Assembly (NCBI GenBank): GCA_934086485.1
Contig: CAKOIF010000002.1
Coordinates: 33,953-97,952 of the forward strand
Direction of reading: 5' to 3'
DNA length: 64,000 bases
Origin: an uncultured Bacilli bacterium
Lineage (GTDB): Bacteria > Bacillota_I > Bacilli_A > RF39 > UBA660
Shown here: one piece after another, positions 1 to 9,302 of the stretch
Layout of the letters: every line of letters begins with the position of its first letter
How positions within the stretch are numbered: the first letter of the stretch is position 1
Program-made: the position numbers and the translations under genes
Notes under the pieces: model-generated
Databases searched by the model: none
The model's input: the letters and a program-made list of their open reading frames with translations, nothing else
Told to the model about the DNA's origin: nothing

Positions 1-218
1 ATGCTAATACTAGTATTCAAAATAATTTTAACCATTATAATAAATATAATAGAAATAAAAAAGATATATTAGATAAAATTTATTATGTTGATGAATTTGG
101 TATTGAATACTGGCATGGTGAACCTATTGAATCAAAAGAAGCAACTAAAGAAGAACAAGAAGAGATGGAGAAAATGCTAGAAAGTTTTAAAGAAATGGAG
201 GAAGATATAAATTGTTAA
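1..218 (+). CDS. hypothetical protein, 3' end (partial at window edge, inside recombinase-bearing element)
   Basis: Frame open from window start to TAA 216-218; Glu/Lys-rich C-terminus; no domain recognised by eye. Confidence 0.35.
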   Translation, partial: ANTSIQNNFNHYNKYNRNKKDILDKIYYVDEFGIEYWHGEPIESKEATKEEQEEMEKMLESFKEMEEDINC

Positions 219-248
219 AGACACTCATAAACTTAAATGAGGTGGCTT

Positions 249-341
249 ATGTTTAATATAATAGAAACTTTCAAAGATGATTCTCCTAATTTCATTGAAC
301 TGGTAACTGAATTTATAAAAAGTATGGTAAATGGAGACTGA
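249..341 (+). CDS. small hypothetical ORF (30 aa)
   Basis: ATG 249 preceded by GAGGTGG RBS; below ORF-track cutoff; no homology recognisable. Confidence 0.2.
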   Translation: MFNIIETFKDDSPNFIELVTEFIKSMVNGD

Positions 342-418
342 TATTGTGGGCCAAGTTAAATTTATGTGGTATAATTTAATTGGCTTTAGTTGTTATACAA
401 TGAGAAAGGAGAGTAAAC

Positions 419-1999
419 TTGTATAACACTTTAAAAGAGATGCCAGAGTACTATAAAGCAGGAATTTATATAAGATTATCAGAAGCTGATGAAGGCAAAT
501 CATACGAATCTGAAAGTGAGAGTGTCCTTAACCAAAGAAATATACTAATTAATTTTATTAAAGAAAAAGGATTTATTTTCGTAGATGAATATGTAGATGA
601 TGGTTATTCAGGTACTACTTTTGATAGACCGGGATTTCAACGATTAATTGAAGATATTAAAGCTAAAAGAATTAATCTTGTAGTAGTAAAAGACTTATCA
701 AGATTAGGTAGAGATCATATTTTAACAGGATATTATGTTGAAACTTTCTTTCCAGAAAATGGAATAAGATTTATTTCTATGTTGGAGGGATACGATAATG
801 CAATAAATCAAGCAAGTAATGACTCAGCAACGTGGTTATTTGCTTGTAATGATTATTATAGTAAACAAAATTCTATTAAAATTCGTAATGTTTTAAATGA
901 CAAAAGAAGAAATGGTAAATTTATTGGAAGTGCTCCAAGTTATGGATATTTAAGAGATCCAAATGATAAAGGACACTTAATACCAGATCCAGAGTATGCA
1001 TGGGTAGTAAAAAAGATATTTGATATGGCTTATAACGGAGTAGGACTTTCTGAAATAACTACTTATTTGAACGATAATAATATTAAAACACCTAGTAGTT
1101 TGAAGAGAAAGAATCCTAATTCAAAAGCTAAATATAATCCTATGTGGACTATTTCTTCTGTTAAAAAGATTTTAAAAAATCAAATGTATGTTGGTGATAT
1201 GGTACAAAGTGTACAAACTAAAGTATCATATAAATCCAAAAAGAAAAAATCATTACCGAGAAGTAATTGGGATATAGTTAAAAATACCCATGAACCACTA
1301 GTAGATAGATTTATATTTGAAAGTATTCAAAATAATGTTAAAAGAACAAATATTTCTAATATTACTAAAAGAGATAAAAGATTGTTTGAAAACTTATTAT
1401 TTTGCAAGGAATGTGGAAATACTTTAACAGTATCATATAGAAAAAATCACGATTATTGGACTGTTAATTGTAATAGATATTCAAGAGATCCTAAAAGAAG
1501 AATGTGTGAACCACATTTTATGCCTTATGACAAATTAGAACAAGCATTACTTGAAGTTATAAAAAATACTTGTAAAAAGTATTTGAAAAAATTAGATATA
1601 ACTAAAATATCTAAAAATATTAATAAAAAAGATAGTAGTAATGTCAATAATGAAATAAATGAGTTAAGAAAACAAGAAAAAGATTTAATTAGTAAACTAG
1701 ATATGCTATATCAAGATAAATTTAATGGAATAGTATCAGAAGAAATGTATTTAAGAATATCTAGAGAAACAGAAAACTCTTTAATTAGAACAAGAGAAAA
1801 AATCCAAAGTCTACAAGATACAAAAGAAGAAAAGCAAATTAATAAGTCTGAAATAAAAGATTATGAAAATAAAATTAGAGAATTAATTGATATTGATAAT
1901 CCATCAAGAGAGTTAATACAATCCTTAATTGATAAAATTATTATAGATAAAGATAAAAATATAGAAATTATCTATAAATTTAGTATATTAAATAATTAG
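419..1999 (+). CDS. large serine recombinase (TnpX/TndX-like)
   Basis: N-terminal resolvase motifs YIRLSEADEG and VVVKDLSRLGRD. Central recombinase domain, Cys-rich zinc-ribbon (CKECGN...CNRY...C) and coiled-coil C-terminal tail. AGGAG RBS before TTG start. Confidence 0.9.
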   Translation: MYNTLKEMPEYYKAGIYIRLSEADEGKSYESESESVLNQRNILINFIKEKGFIFVDEYVDDGYSGTTFDRPGFQRLIEDIKAKRINLVVVKDLSRLGRDHILTGYYVETFFPENGIRFISMLEGYDNAINQASNDSATWLFACNDYYSKQNSIKIRNVLNDKRRNGKFIGSAPSYGYLRDPNDKGHLIPDPEYAWVVKKIFDMAYNGVGLSEITTYLNDNNIKTPSSLKRKNPNSKAKYNPMWTISSVKKILKNQMYVGDMVQSVQTKVSYKSKKKKSLPRSNWDIVKNTHEPLVDRFIFESIQNNVKRTNISNITKRDKRLFENLLFCKECGNTLTVSYRKNHDYWTVNCNRYSRDPKRRMCEPHFMPYDKLEQALLEVIKNTCKKYLKKLDITKISKNINKKDSSNVNNEINELRKQEKDLISKLDMLYQDKFNGIVSEEMYLRISRETENSLIRTREKIQSLQDTKEEKQINKSEIKDYENKIRELIDIDNPSRELIQSLIDKIIIDKDKNIEIIYKFSILNN

Positions 2000-2079
2000 A
2001 ACTTTGTCGCAACTTGCGACGAGGTGTACATAAAAAAATAATAAACTACTTATACGAAGAAACTATTGGGGGTGATATT

Positions 2080-2832
2080 ATGAAAAATAAAGATAAAATA
2101 TTTGGGTTTTTACAAAAAAATTATGGTTGGATAGTAGCATTACTAACTGGATTAACAGTTACAACATCATTTGTGTTAAGATTTATAAAATATATTTATT
2201 CTAATTTTTATTTTGATTATTATGGTATTTCATATGAACTATTCAATAATGACGAATTAGGATTTCTATATAATTTTGGTTTTTCTATTTTAATATTATT
2301 ATGTTTTGAATCATTAATGTATTGCTATATGCAATTATTTAATAAGAAAGAAATGAATGTTAAATTAAGAACTATTTTTATTAATATTTTATTAATTATA
2401 GTTTCAAATATAATTGTTGTATTTTCATTAAATTATAAGTATTCATTATGTCAGTTAATATTTAACTTTTTGGCATTAATTGCAATAGAAATAGTTATGT
2501 CAGTTATTTTCTTTAAAATTGATAAAAGAGAAAAAAATAAAAAATATGATTTAATTGATTTGTCAAATACTATAAAAATAGTACCATTTTATATAGTTTT
2601 ATTACTTTTTTCTTTGATATTAAGTTATGGTTCTAATATTGTAATGAACAAATCATATAGAATAATTGGCAATGATAAGGTAATAGTATATACAACCAAT
2701 GATTATTATTTAACATTAGATTGTAAAATTAAGAATAATGAATTAACCATATATAAAGGTAAACAAAGCAAAATAAATAATGAAGATGTAGTAAGTGAAT
2801 TAATCAATTTTGATAAAGTAGAATTAAAATAA
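2080..2832 (+). CDS. multi-pass membrane protein, unknown function
   Basis: ATG 2080 behind a GGGGGTG RBS-like stretch; about 5 hydrophobic helices plus a small soluble C-terminal domain. Confidence 0.55.
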   Translation: MKNKDKIFGFLQKNYGWIVALLTGLTVTTSFVLRFIKYIYSNFYFDYYGISYELFNNDELGFLYNFGFSILILLCFESLMYCYMQLFNKKEMNVKLRTIFINILLIIVSNIIVVFSLNYKYSLCQLIFNFLALIAIEIVMSVIFFKIDKREKNKKYDLIDLSNTIKIVPFYIVLLLFSLILSYGSNIVMNKSYRIIGNDKVIVYTTNDYYLTLDCKIKNNELTIYKGKQSKINNEDVVSELINFDKVELK

Positions 2833-2852
2833 ATTTAGCAAGGAGGTAATCA

Positions 2853-3707
2853 ATGAATCAAGATAAAATGCATTTAGTAAATAAAATATTTAATAATGAA
2901 ACAATTAGAACTATTTGGGATAAGGAACAAGAAAAATACTTTATAAGTGTCGTGGATATTGTTGGAGTACTCGCTGATAGTAGTGAACCCAGAAAATATT
3001 GGAACTGGTTAAAAAATAAACTAAAAAAGGAAGAAAATTTTGAAACGTCTAGTATAACTAGACAGTTGAAATTAAAAGCTCAAGATGGTAAATATCGTAT
3101 GACTGATGTTGTTGATATTGAAGGAATGTTTAGAATTATTGAATCAGTTCCAAGTAAGAATGCAGAACCAATAAAGCAATGGTTAGCAAAATTAGGAAGT
3201 GAAAGAATAGATGAGACATTTGACCCATCACTAGCAGCACAAAGAGCGATAGACTTATATAGAGCCAAAGGTTATGATGAAAAATGGATTGCAAAAAGAA
3301 TTAAGGGTATTCAAGACAGAAAACAACTTACTGATGTATGGAAAGATGGTGGAATAACTGAATCTAAAGAATATGCAATCCTAACAAATGAAATTTATAA
3401 AGAATGGTCTGGCATGACCGCAAAACAATATAAATCATTTAAAGGACTTAGGAAAGAATCATTAAGAGATAATATGACTGATGTTGAAGTAGCACTTGCT
3501 GATTTAGGTGAAATAGCAACTAGAGAAATTGCTAAAAAGAAAAATCCAAAAGGTTTAAATGAAAATATTGATGTAGCAAGGCGCGGTGGGAAAATTGCTG
3601 GTAATGCAAGAAAAGATTTAGAAAATGAACTTGGTGAGAGCGTAGTTACTAGTAATAATGCATTAAACTACGAATACGTGGATGGAAAAGAAATTGAAAT
3701 GAAATAG
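2853..3707 (+). CDS. BRO-N domain DNA-binding protein (phage antirepressor/DinD-like)
   Basis: N-terminus FNNETIRTIWDKEQEKYFISVVDIVGVL fits the BRO-N pattern; helical C-terminal half resembles DinD-type proteins; AGGAGG RBS. Confidence 0.7.
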   Translation: MNQDKMHLVNKIFNNETIRTIWDKEQEKYFISVVDIVGVLADSSEPRKYWNWLKNKLKKEENFETSSITRQLKLKAQDGKYRMTDVVDIEGMFRIIESVPSKNAEPIKQWLAKLGSERIDETFDPSLAAQRAIDLYRAKGYDEKWIAKRIKGIQDRKQLTDVWKDGGITESKEYAILTNEIYKEWSGMTAKQYKSFKGLRKESLRDNMTDVEVALADLGEIATREIAKKKNPKGLNENIDVARRGGKIAGNARKDLENELGESVVTSNNALNYEYVDGKEIEMK

Positions 3708-3716
3708 AGGTGAATT

Positions 3717-4583
3717 ATGAAACGTTTTTTGTATTTAAATAGTGATACCTTATCATCGTATATGTCACAAATTGATGATGGATTAATCAAAAATAAAATA
3801 GAAACATTAAAAAATGATTCCGAACGTTTAAATTCCACGAAAACATTAATTGAAGGTCAAGCTTCAGCAGATTTAAAAATATTAGGTAAAGGAATTGAAG
3901 CGGATGTAGATTCGTCTTTAGAATCAAATAGACAAAAGAAATCTTCTGATAGTTATTCTAATAGTATGGAGAAGATAATTTTCGATGAAGCTGTTGAAAA
4001 ATTTGAAAAATATTTATCTGATAATCACTGCTTGGAAGATATCGATAGTATAGGCAATTTTATTAAAATAGAGAAAGAAATGTTTATTGTGGACTTGGAA
4101 TATTATAAAAACATATTTTCAAATGATAGTGTATTAAACTTTATAAAAACGAGTACTGTAAATGAACGATATATTACTAAAGAGTCAGAAATAGTTAAAA
4201 CTGGAAATGGCAATAAGGCAACTTATGATAAAGATAAATTATACAAAGAAATTAAAAAAGAAGTAGATAAAGAATATGACGAAGTATCTAAAAATATTGA
4301 AGCAGTACTAAATATAGTTCCATATAATAAATTTGGAATTATGGATGATTACCTTATTTCTTTGGATGATGAATATTTTAGAGATAAAACTAAGGTTGTT
4401 GCCTTCAAATATGGAGGAAAAATGACTTTGTTGGGTCATTTAACTAATATAGTTAATAATGATGTTAATAGCGATGAATCAAATATATTTAGTACTTTTC
4501 CATCAATTATTAATACGTTTATGCTTACATTTTTTAACAAAAATCAAATAAAAATTGTTCATCCAATAGCAATATATTATTAA
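3717..4583 (+). CDS. hypothetical protein (288 aa), last gene before element junction
   Basis: GAGGTG RBS, clean ORF; N-terminal FLYLNSDTLSSYMSQI motif recurs in uncharacterised mobile-element proteins; no catalytic motif seen. Confidence 0.55.
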   Translation: MKRFLYLNSDTLSSYMSQIDDGLIKNKIETLKNDSERLNSTKTLIEGQASADLKILGKGIEADVDSSLESNRQKKSSDSYSNSMEKIIFDEAVEKFEKYLSDNHCLEDIDSIGNFIKIEKEMFIVDLEYYKNIFSNDSVLNFIKTSTVNERYITKESEIVKTGNGNKATYDKDKLYKEIKKEVDKEYDEVSKNIEAVLNIVPYNKFGIMDDYLISLDDEYFRDKTKVVAFKYGGKMTLLGHLTNIVNNDVNSDESNIFSTFPSIINTFMLTFFNKNQIKIVHPIAIYY

Positions 4584-4598
4584 TTAACTACACTTTGA

Positions 4599-5360
4599 CC
4601 ATCGGCAGGTGGCGATGGAGCCGAAATAATATATGCACTTCGTAATAGTGATGCGTTATCTAAATTAATTGCAAAAGAACTAGAATCCTCAGGACAAAAT
4701 GTTAGAAAATATTACCAAAGAAGACTTCCAAGTAATCCCTCAAAAGATTATTATTATTTACTTAGGGATACCCCTAATAATGAAACTTTAATTGTAGAGT
4801 ATGGATTTTTAGATAGTACTGGCGATGATGTTAATCTTATAAAAAATAATTGGGAAGATTTAGCTGAAGCAGTAGTTAAGGCTCTTGCAAATTATATTGG
4901 AGTTCCTTATTCATTAAATGAGGATAGTGATTATTATGTTGTTAAAAAAGGTGATTCATTATGGAGTATAGCTAAAAAATATAACATGACAGTTGATGAA
5001 CTTAAATCAATCAATAACCTAAATTCAAATTTATTGTCAATTGGTCAAAGACTAAAAATAAAAGGAAGTAATGATAATCAAAACATTTATATTGTTCAAA
5101 AGGGAGATACATTATATAAAATTGCTAATATGTATGAAACTACTGTAGATAATTTAAAAACATTAAATAATTTAAAAAGTAATATTCTAAGTATTGGTCA
5201 AAAGTTAATTATTCCTTCGCAAAATAAAATATATATAGTTCAAAAGGGAGATTCACTATGGTCTATAGCAAGAAAATATGGTACTACTGTTGATAGTATT
5301 AAAAAGAAAAATAATCTTTCTACAAATGTTTTACAAATAGGTCAAAAGCTAAAAATATGA
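4599..5360 (+). pseudogene. 3' fragment of N-acetylmuramoyl-L-alanine amidase (Amidase_3) with three LysM repeats, split by element insertion
   Basis: Stop-free frame from 4599 (in-frame TGA at 4596-4598). It encodes GAEIIYALRN...LLRDTPNNETLIVEYGFLDS...AEAVVKALANYIG, then 3 LysM units (VVKKGDSLWSIAKKY, IVQKGDTLYKIANMY, IVQKGDSLWSIARKY). No N-terminal catalytic part and no start codon. Confidence 0.75.
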
Positions 5361-5404
5361 GTTTAAAATAATTCATATTTTTTTATATTGTGTGTATAAT
5401 ATAA

Positions 5405-5431
5405 TTAGCACTAAACATTGACAAGTGCTAA
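5405..5431 (+). promoter_or_regulatory. CIRCE operator (HrcA site) overlapping clpB promoter
   Basis: TTAGCACTA-N9-AAGTGCTAA against consensus TTAGCACTC-N9-GAGTGCTAA; lies directly after TGTGTATAAT (-10 at 5395-5400). Confidence 0.8.
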
Positions 5432-5473
5432 TATTTTTAGTATAATAATATACGTAAAAAGGAGGAATGAATT

Positions 5474-7570
5474 ATGTTTAATCAAAATAATGAAGAAAAT
5501 GAAAACGTTCTTGAAAAATATGGACGTAATATAAATGACGATGTAAAAAATCGTAAAATTGATCCAATTATAGGACGAGATGAAGAAATAAGAAGTATAA
5601 CTAGAATCCTTTCTAGAAAAACTAAGAATAATCCAGTCTTAATTGGTGAACCAGGTGTAGGTAAGACTGCAATAGTTGAAGGACTTGCACAAAGAATTGT
5701 TAAAGGTGATGTTCCTGAAAGTCTTAAAAATAAAACAATTTGGGAACTTAATATGGCCTCACTTATCGCAGGTGCAAAATATCGTGGTGAATTTGAGGAA
5801 AGACTTAAAAAGGTTTTAGATGAAGTTAAGAAAAGTGAAGGCAATTTAATAATGTTTATTGATGAAATTCATTTAATTGTTGGAACTGGCGCAACTGAGG
5901 GTGCAATGGATACAGGAAATATTCTAAAACCAATGCTTGCACGTGGAGAGATACATGTTATTGGTGCTACTACCTTAAACGAATATCGTATGTATATTGA
6001 AAAAGACGGTGCACTTGAAAGAAGATTTCAAAAAGTAACAGTATCTGAACCAACAGTCGAGGATACAATAACAATTCTTCGTGGTTTAAAAGAAAGATTT
6101 GAAATATATCACGGAGTTACAATTCAGGATAAAGCCTTAGTTAGTGCGGCAACTTTATCAAATAGATATATTACAGATAGATTTTTACCTGATAAAGCAA
6201 TAGACCTTGTTGATGAAGCATGTGCTACAATAAGAGTCCAAATGGATAGTGTTCCAACAGCTCTTGATGAAATAACTAGAAAAATATTAACATTACAAGT
6301 TGAGAAAGAAGCATTAAAAAAAGAAAAAGATGAACTTTCTATAAAAAGACTTGAAAAGATAGATGAAGAGCTTTACGATTTAAAAGGTAAAGAACAAGAA
6401 TTGAGTACTAAATGGAAAGAGGAAAAATCTATTAATGAAGATATCAAAAAAGTTAAATCTGATATATCTAAATATACATTTGAACTAGAACAAGCAGAGA
6501 ATAATTATGATTTAGAAACTGCCGCAAGGATAAAAAATGGTATACTTCCAGAACTTAAAATTAAACTTGATGAACTTTCTAAAAAAGGTAATGAAGGAAT
6601 ACTTTCAGATACTGTTACAAATGAAGATATAGCAAATGTTATAAGTAAGTGGACAAATATTCCAATATCTAAACTTATGAGTAGTGAAAAAGAAAAAATT
6701 CTTAACCTTGAGGATAATTTAAGAAAAAGAGTTAAAGGACAAGATAAGGCTTTAAAACTTGTATCCGATGCAATTATTCGTTCAAGAAGTGGTATCAAAG
6801 ATCCTAACAGACCAATTGGTTCATTTATGTTTCTAGGCCCAACAGGAGTAGGTAAAACAGAGGTTGCAAGAAGTCTTGCTTACGAACTATTTGATGATGA
6901 GCATCACATGGTAAGAATAGATATGAGTGAGTATATGGAAAAATATTCAGTATCTAGACTTATTGGTGCAGCACCAGGTTATGTTGGTTATGAAGAAGGA
7001 GGACAACTTACAGAAAAAGTAAGAAGAAACCCATATTCAATTGTACTTTTTGATGAAATAGAAAAAGCACATCCAGATGTACTTAACTTATTATTACAAA
7101 TTCTTGATGAAGGAAGACTTACTGATTCTAATGGTCGTACTGTAGATTTTAAAAATACTATTATTATAATGACATCAAATGTTGGAAGTGAATATATTAT
7201 TAATGGTGAAGAGGATAAAGTTACCTCTGAACTTCCACAATATTTTAAACCGGAATTTTTAAATAGACTTGATGAAATAATAATTTTCAATAAATTATCA
7301 AAAACCGATTTAAAAGAAATCCTTGATAAAATTATCGAAGAAATTGAAAAAAGATTAATTGATATTAATGTAAAAATTAATCTTACTGATAATGCTAAAA
7401 ATTATTTTATTGATAATGGTTATGATGAATATTATGGAGCAAGACCACTTAAAAGACTTGTTAATAATAAACTAGAAACGTTAATTGCTAAAAAACTTAT
7501 AAATAATGAAATCAAACCAAATACGATAGTTAATGTTGATTATATTAATAATGAATTAAAGGTTAGTTAA
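5474..7570 (+). CDS. clpB: ClpB-type AAA+ disaggregase lacking the N-terminal domain
   Basis: Two Walker A loops ([24 protein letters not shown]), long coiled-coil middle domain between the NBDs, GARPLKR sensor motif. Starts where E. coli ClpB-80 starts. Confidence 0.9.
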   Translation: MFNQNNEENENVLEKYGRNINDDVKNRKIDPIIGRDEEIRSITRILSRKTKNNPVLIGEPGVGKTAIVEGLAQRIVKGDVPESLKNKTIWELNMASLIAGAKYRGEFEERLKKVLDEVKKSEGNLIMFIDEIHLIVGTGATEGAMDTGNILKPMLARGEIHVIGATTLNEYRMYIEKDGALERRFQKVTVSEPTVEDTITILRGLKERFEIYHGVTIQDKALVSAATLSNRYITDRFLPDKAIDLVDEACATIRVQMDSVPTALDEITRKILTLQVEKEALKKEKDELSIKRLEKIDEELYDLKGKEQELSTKWKEEKSINEDIKKVKSDISKYTFELEQAENNYDLETAARIKNGILPELKIKLDELSKKGNEGILSDTVTNEDIANVISKWTNIPISKLMSSEKEKILNLEDNLRKRVKGQDKALKLVSDAIIRSRSGIKDPNRPIGSFMFLGPTGVGKTEVARSLAYELFDDEHHMVRIDMSEYMEKYSVSRLIGAAPGYVGYEEGGQLTEKVRRNPYSIVLFDEIEKAHPDVLNLLLQILDEGRLTDSNGRTVDFKNTIIIMTSNVGSEYIINGEEDKVTSELPQYFKPEFLNRLDEIIIFNKLSKTDLKEILDKIIEEIEKRLIDINVKINLTDNAKNYFIDNGYDEYYGARPLKRLVNNKLETLIAKKLINNEIKPNTIVNVDYINNELKVS

Positions 7571-7582
7571 ACTAGCCTTTTT

Positions 7583-8005
7583 TTAATGTATTTCTTTACA
7601 TACTCCAGGATCTGGTTTATAGAAACAATGGTTTTTATATCTTCCAGATAGGTTTTGAGTATACCAAGTATTTTTACAAGAATCACCTTTTTTCGGAGCA
7701 TAAAACCATAATGCGTTTGTTGCAGGGTAATAATATTCCCCATCTAAAATCCTTTTTGCTAGATTTTTTTCCATTGTAGTCGCAGCTGCTTCGAATAAAG
7801 AACTTGTAGTTCCCACAAATTGATTTTTTTGATAAATTGCATTATAAACACTATTAATATTTTTAAAAGTTAAACAATTTGCTAACACTCTATTTACTAC
7901 AACATTTCCAACCATTAACATTCCTAGTTCTCCTTCATTTAGGGCTTCCGCACGCATTATTCTTGCAAGTAAATCAAGTTCTTTTGAATTATATGAAACA
8001 ATCAT
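7583..8005 (-). CDS. cwlJ: spore cortex-lytic enzyme, CwlJ/SleB hydrolase family
   Basis: 140 aa. LLARIMRAEALNEGELGMLMVGNVVVNR and C-terminal HCFYKP match the CwlJ pattern and length. Confidence 0.75.
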   Translation of the reverse strand: MIVSYNSKELDLLARIMRAEALNEGELGMLMVGNVVVNRVLANCLTFKNINSVYNAIYQKNQFVGTTSSLFEAAATTMEKNLAKRILDGEYYYPATNALWFYAPKKGDSCKNTWYTQNLSGRYKNHCFYKPDPGVCKEIH

Positions 8006-8045
8006 TATATCACCGCTATAATATATGCATAAAAAAAGAAAATTG

Positions 8046-8561
8046 TTATTTCTTAAAAAAACTTAACAATTTTCCAACACTAAAAATTATTTTATCACTA
8101 TTTTTAATAGCAACTGTTTTAAATATTGCTTTTCCTCCGATAGTAAGCGAGGAAATTAAAGCTGCAGTTATTACACTTATTAAAGATATATTAACTTTAG
8201 TTATGTTTGCTATTGATATAGCAAGTACAGCACCAAGTCCTCCAGAAACAATACCGCATATATCTCCAACAATATCATTACATATACTAGATATTTTAAC
8301 ATTGTTTTTAATAAGTTTAATTGTTTCTTTAGCACCTTTAATTTTTTTAGCATTCATTGAGTGAAATGTTGATTCTTTACTTGTAAGACTGCTTGCTCCA
8401 ATCATATCAAAGATTATACCAATTGCTATAACGAGTAATATTATAAGTATCATTACCACTATGCTAGCATGACTTGATAAATAATTTGTTGAGAAACTGA
8501 AGATGGTGGATAATATAAAAGTCCATAAAAAAACTTTATATACCCAGTTATTTTTTTTCAT
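8046..8561 (-). CDS. oapA: 4-TM membrane protein with DxxxD motif, OapA-like (DUF21-like fold, no CBS/CorC domains)
   Basis: Four hydrophobic helices; NDIVGDICG (D96/D100) in TM3; loop resembles the CNNM/DUF21 TM domain. Sits immediately downstream of a structured RNA with no intervening terminator. Confidence 0.55.
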   Translation of the reverse strand: MKKNNWVYKVFLWTFILSTIFSFSTNYLSSHASIVVMILIILLVIAIGIIFDMIGASSLTSKESTFHSMNAKKIKGAKETIKLIKNNVKISSICNDIVGDICGIVSGGLGAVLAISIANITKVNISLISVITAALISSLTIGGKAIFKTVAIKNSDKIIFSVGKLLSFFKK

Positions 8562-8584
8562 ATAACCCTCCTATAAAGTTATTA

Positions 8585-9055
8585 AAAATGTTATGGTTTA
8601 TTATAAATTAATCTTACGGCTTTGGTCGAGTTGAATTTCTCTATTTTCTCTCCCTTGGTTACCCTTAGGCGATTTCTCTTTAAAGAAAATAATTAGTAGT
8701 TGCCTAACTAATGACTCGATTGCCACATAGTCCGCACTTCAATCTTTATAATAAATAACACGCTAGAGGTTTTCCCTGACACATCTAAACTATTCTTATT
8801 CGCTTTTGCAGTTAAGATTTCATCAACATTATTATTCGTTAAATCCCTAATAACCACGCACGACATGAATAACTCTTCCTTTTTTGCTTAATTACAGGGG
8901 GTTAGTCATATGCCGTTATGATTTCCCTATAATTTTAAATTACATATTCACCCCAACTTGGGCAGAAGCAGCAAATATATAAAGTGCAATTGTATCAATT
9001 AATGGATTTTTAGCCCCATCTTCAAATAGTGATTGTGACTAGCATAATGCACCAC
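8585..9055 (-). ncRNA. ole: large structured non-coding RNA, OLE-like (ROOL-type is the alternative)
   Basis: About 470 nt with no ORF and visibly higher GC than flanks. Own promoter. Long-range pairings such as GGGGTGAATATG...CATATGACTAACCCC and TTAGGC...GCCTAA. Appears co-transcribed with the oapA-like gene. Confidence 0.5.
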
Positions 9056-9061
9056 ATAAAT

Positions 9062-9090
9062 ATTATATCAAACCTACAAAATTTTGTCTA
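9062..9090 (-). promoter_or_regulatory. sigma-A type promoter for the large ncRNA
   Basis: On the minus strand: TAGACA, 17-nt spacer, TGATATAAT (extended -10). Confidence 0.55.
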
Positions 9091-9167
9091 GTAGGTGTAC
9101 ACTTTAATTATATGCACATTTTTTTTCTTGATTACGGCGTTTAACTATGATATAATGTTTTTGCCGT

Positions 9168-9241
9168 AGGGGCGTGGTATAATGGTAGCATAGGAGTCTC
9201 CAAAACTTTAGATGGGAGTTCGATTCTCTCCGCCCCTGCCA
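9168..9241 (+). tRNA. tRNA-Trp (anticodon CCA)
   Basis: Cloverleaf: acceptor AGGGGCG/CGCCCCT, anticodon loop CTCCAAA, T-arm GGGAG-TTCGATT-CTCTC, encoded CCA end. Confidence 0.9.
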
Positions 9242-9252
9242 ATTAAAAAAAT

Positions 9253-9288
9253 AGATTTAACTATAAATGGTAGTTAAATCTTTTTTTA
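9253..9288. terminator. bidirectional rho-independent terminator
   Basis: 11-bp stem AGATTTAACTA/TAGTTAAATCT flanked by an A-run and a T-run. Confidence 0.75.
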
Positions 9289-9302
9289 TATATAAAAATT
9301 TT

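Larger units (their letters stand above)
1..4598. mobile_element. right-hand end of a serine-recombinase integrative element (prophage or ICE; left part outside window)
   Basis: Recombinase plus phage-type genes. Abrupt junction at about 4584-4598, where an amidase reading frame resumes without a start codon. Confidence 0.6.

Noticed and set aside
2006-2020. GC-rich palindrome GTCGCAACTTGCGAC just after the recombinase stop, considered as a terminator or as the true element end
   Set aside because: No T-run follows, so it is not a typical terminator. The amidase reading frame only resumes at 4599, so the junction is placed there. It could still be a protein-binding site or the edge of a nested element, and this cannot be resolved without the left end.
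5482-7290. Antisense ORFs 5482-5844, 6505-6798 and 6988-7290 inside clpB
   Set aside because: These are shadow ORFs with low-complexity Ser/Leu/Phe-rich products opposite a well-supported gene, and none has an RBS.
7879-8364. 161-aa plus-strand ORF spanning the cwlJ and oapA-like genes
   Set aside because: It overlaps two well-supported minus-strand genes and crosses their intergenic region. Its product is low-complexity and hydrophobic, which looks like an artefact.
8585-9055. Considered RNase P RNA, tmRNA or SRP RNA for the structured non-coding region
   Set aside because: No GAGGAAAGTCC-type P4 sequence, no tRNA-like 3' end (…GGTTCGA…CCA) or tag ORF, and no SRP GGAA/AGCA domain-IV motif. 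At about 470 nt with a downstream DxxxD 4-TM gene, it fits OLE better. ROOL remains an untested alternative.
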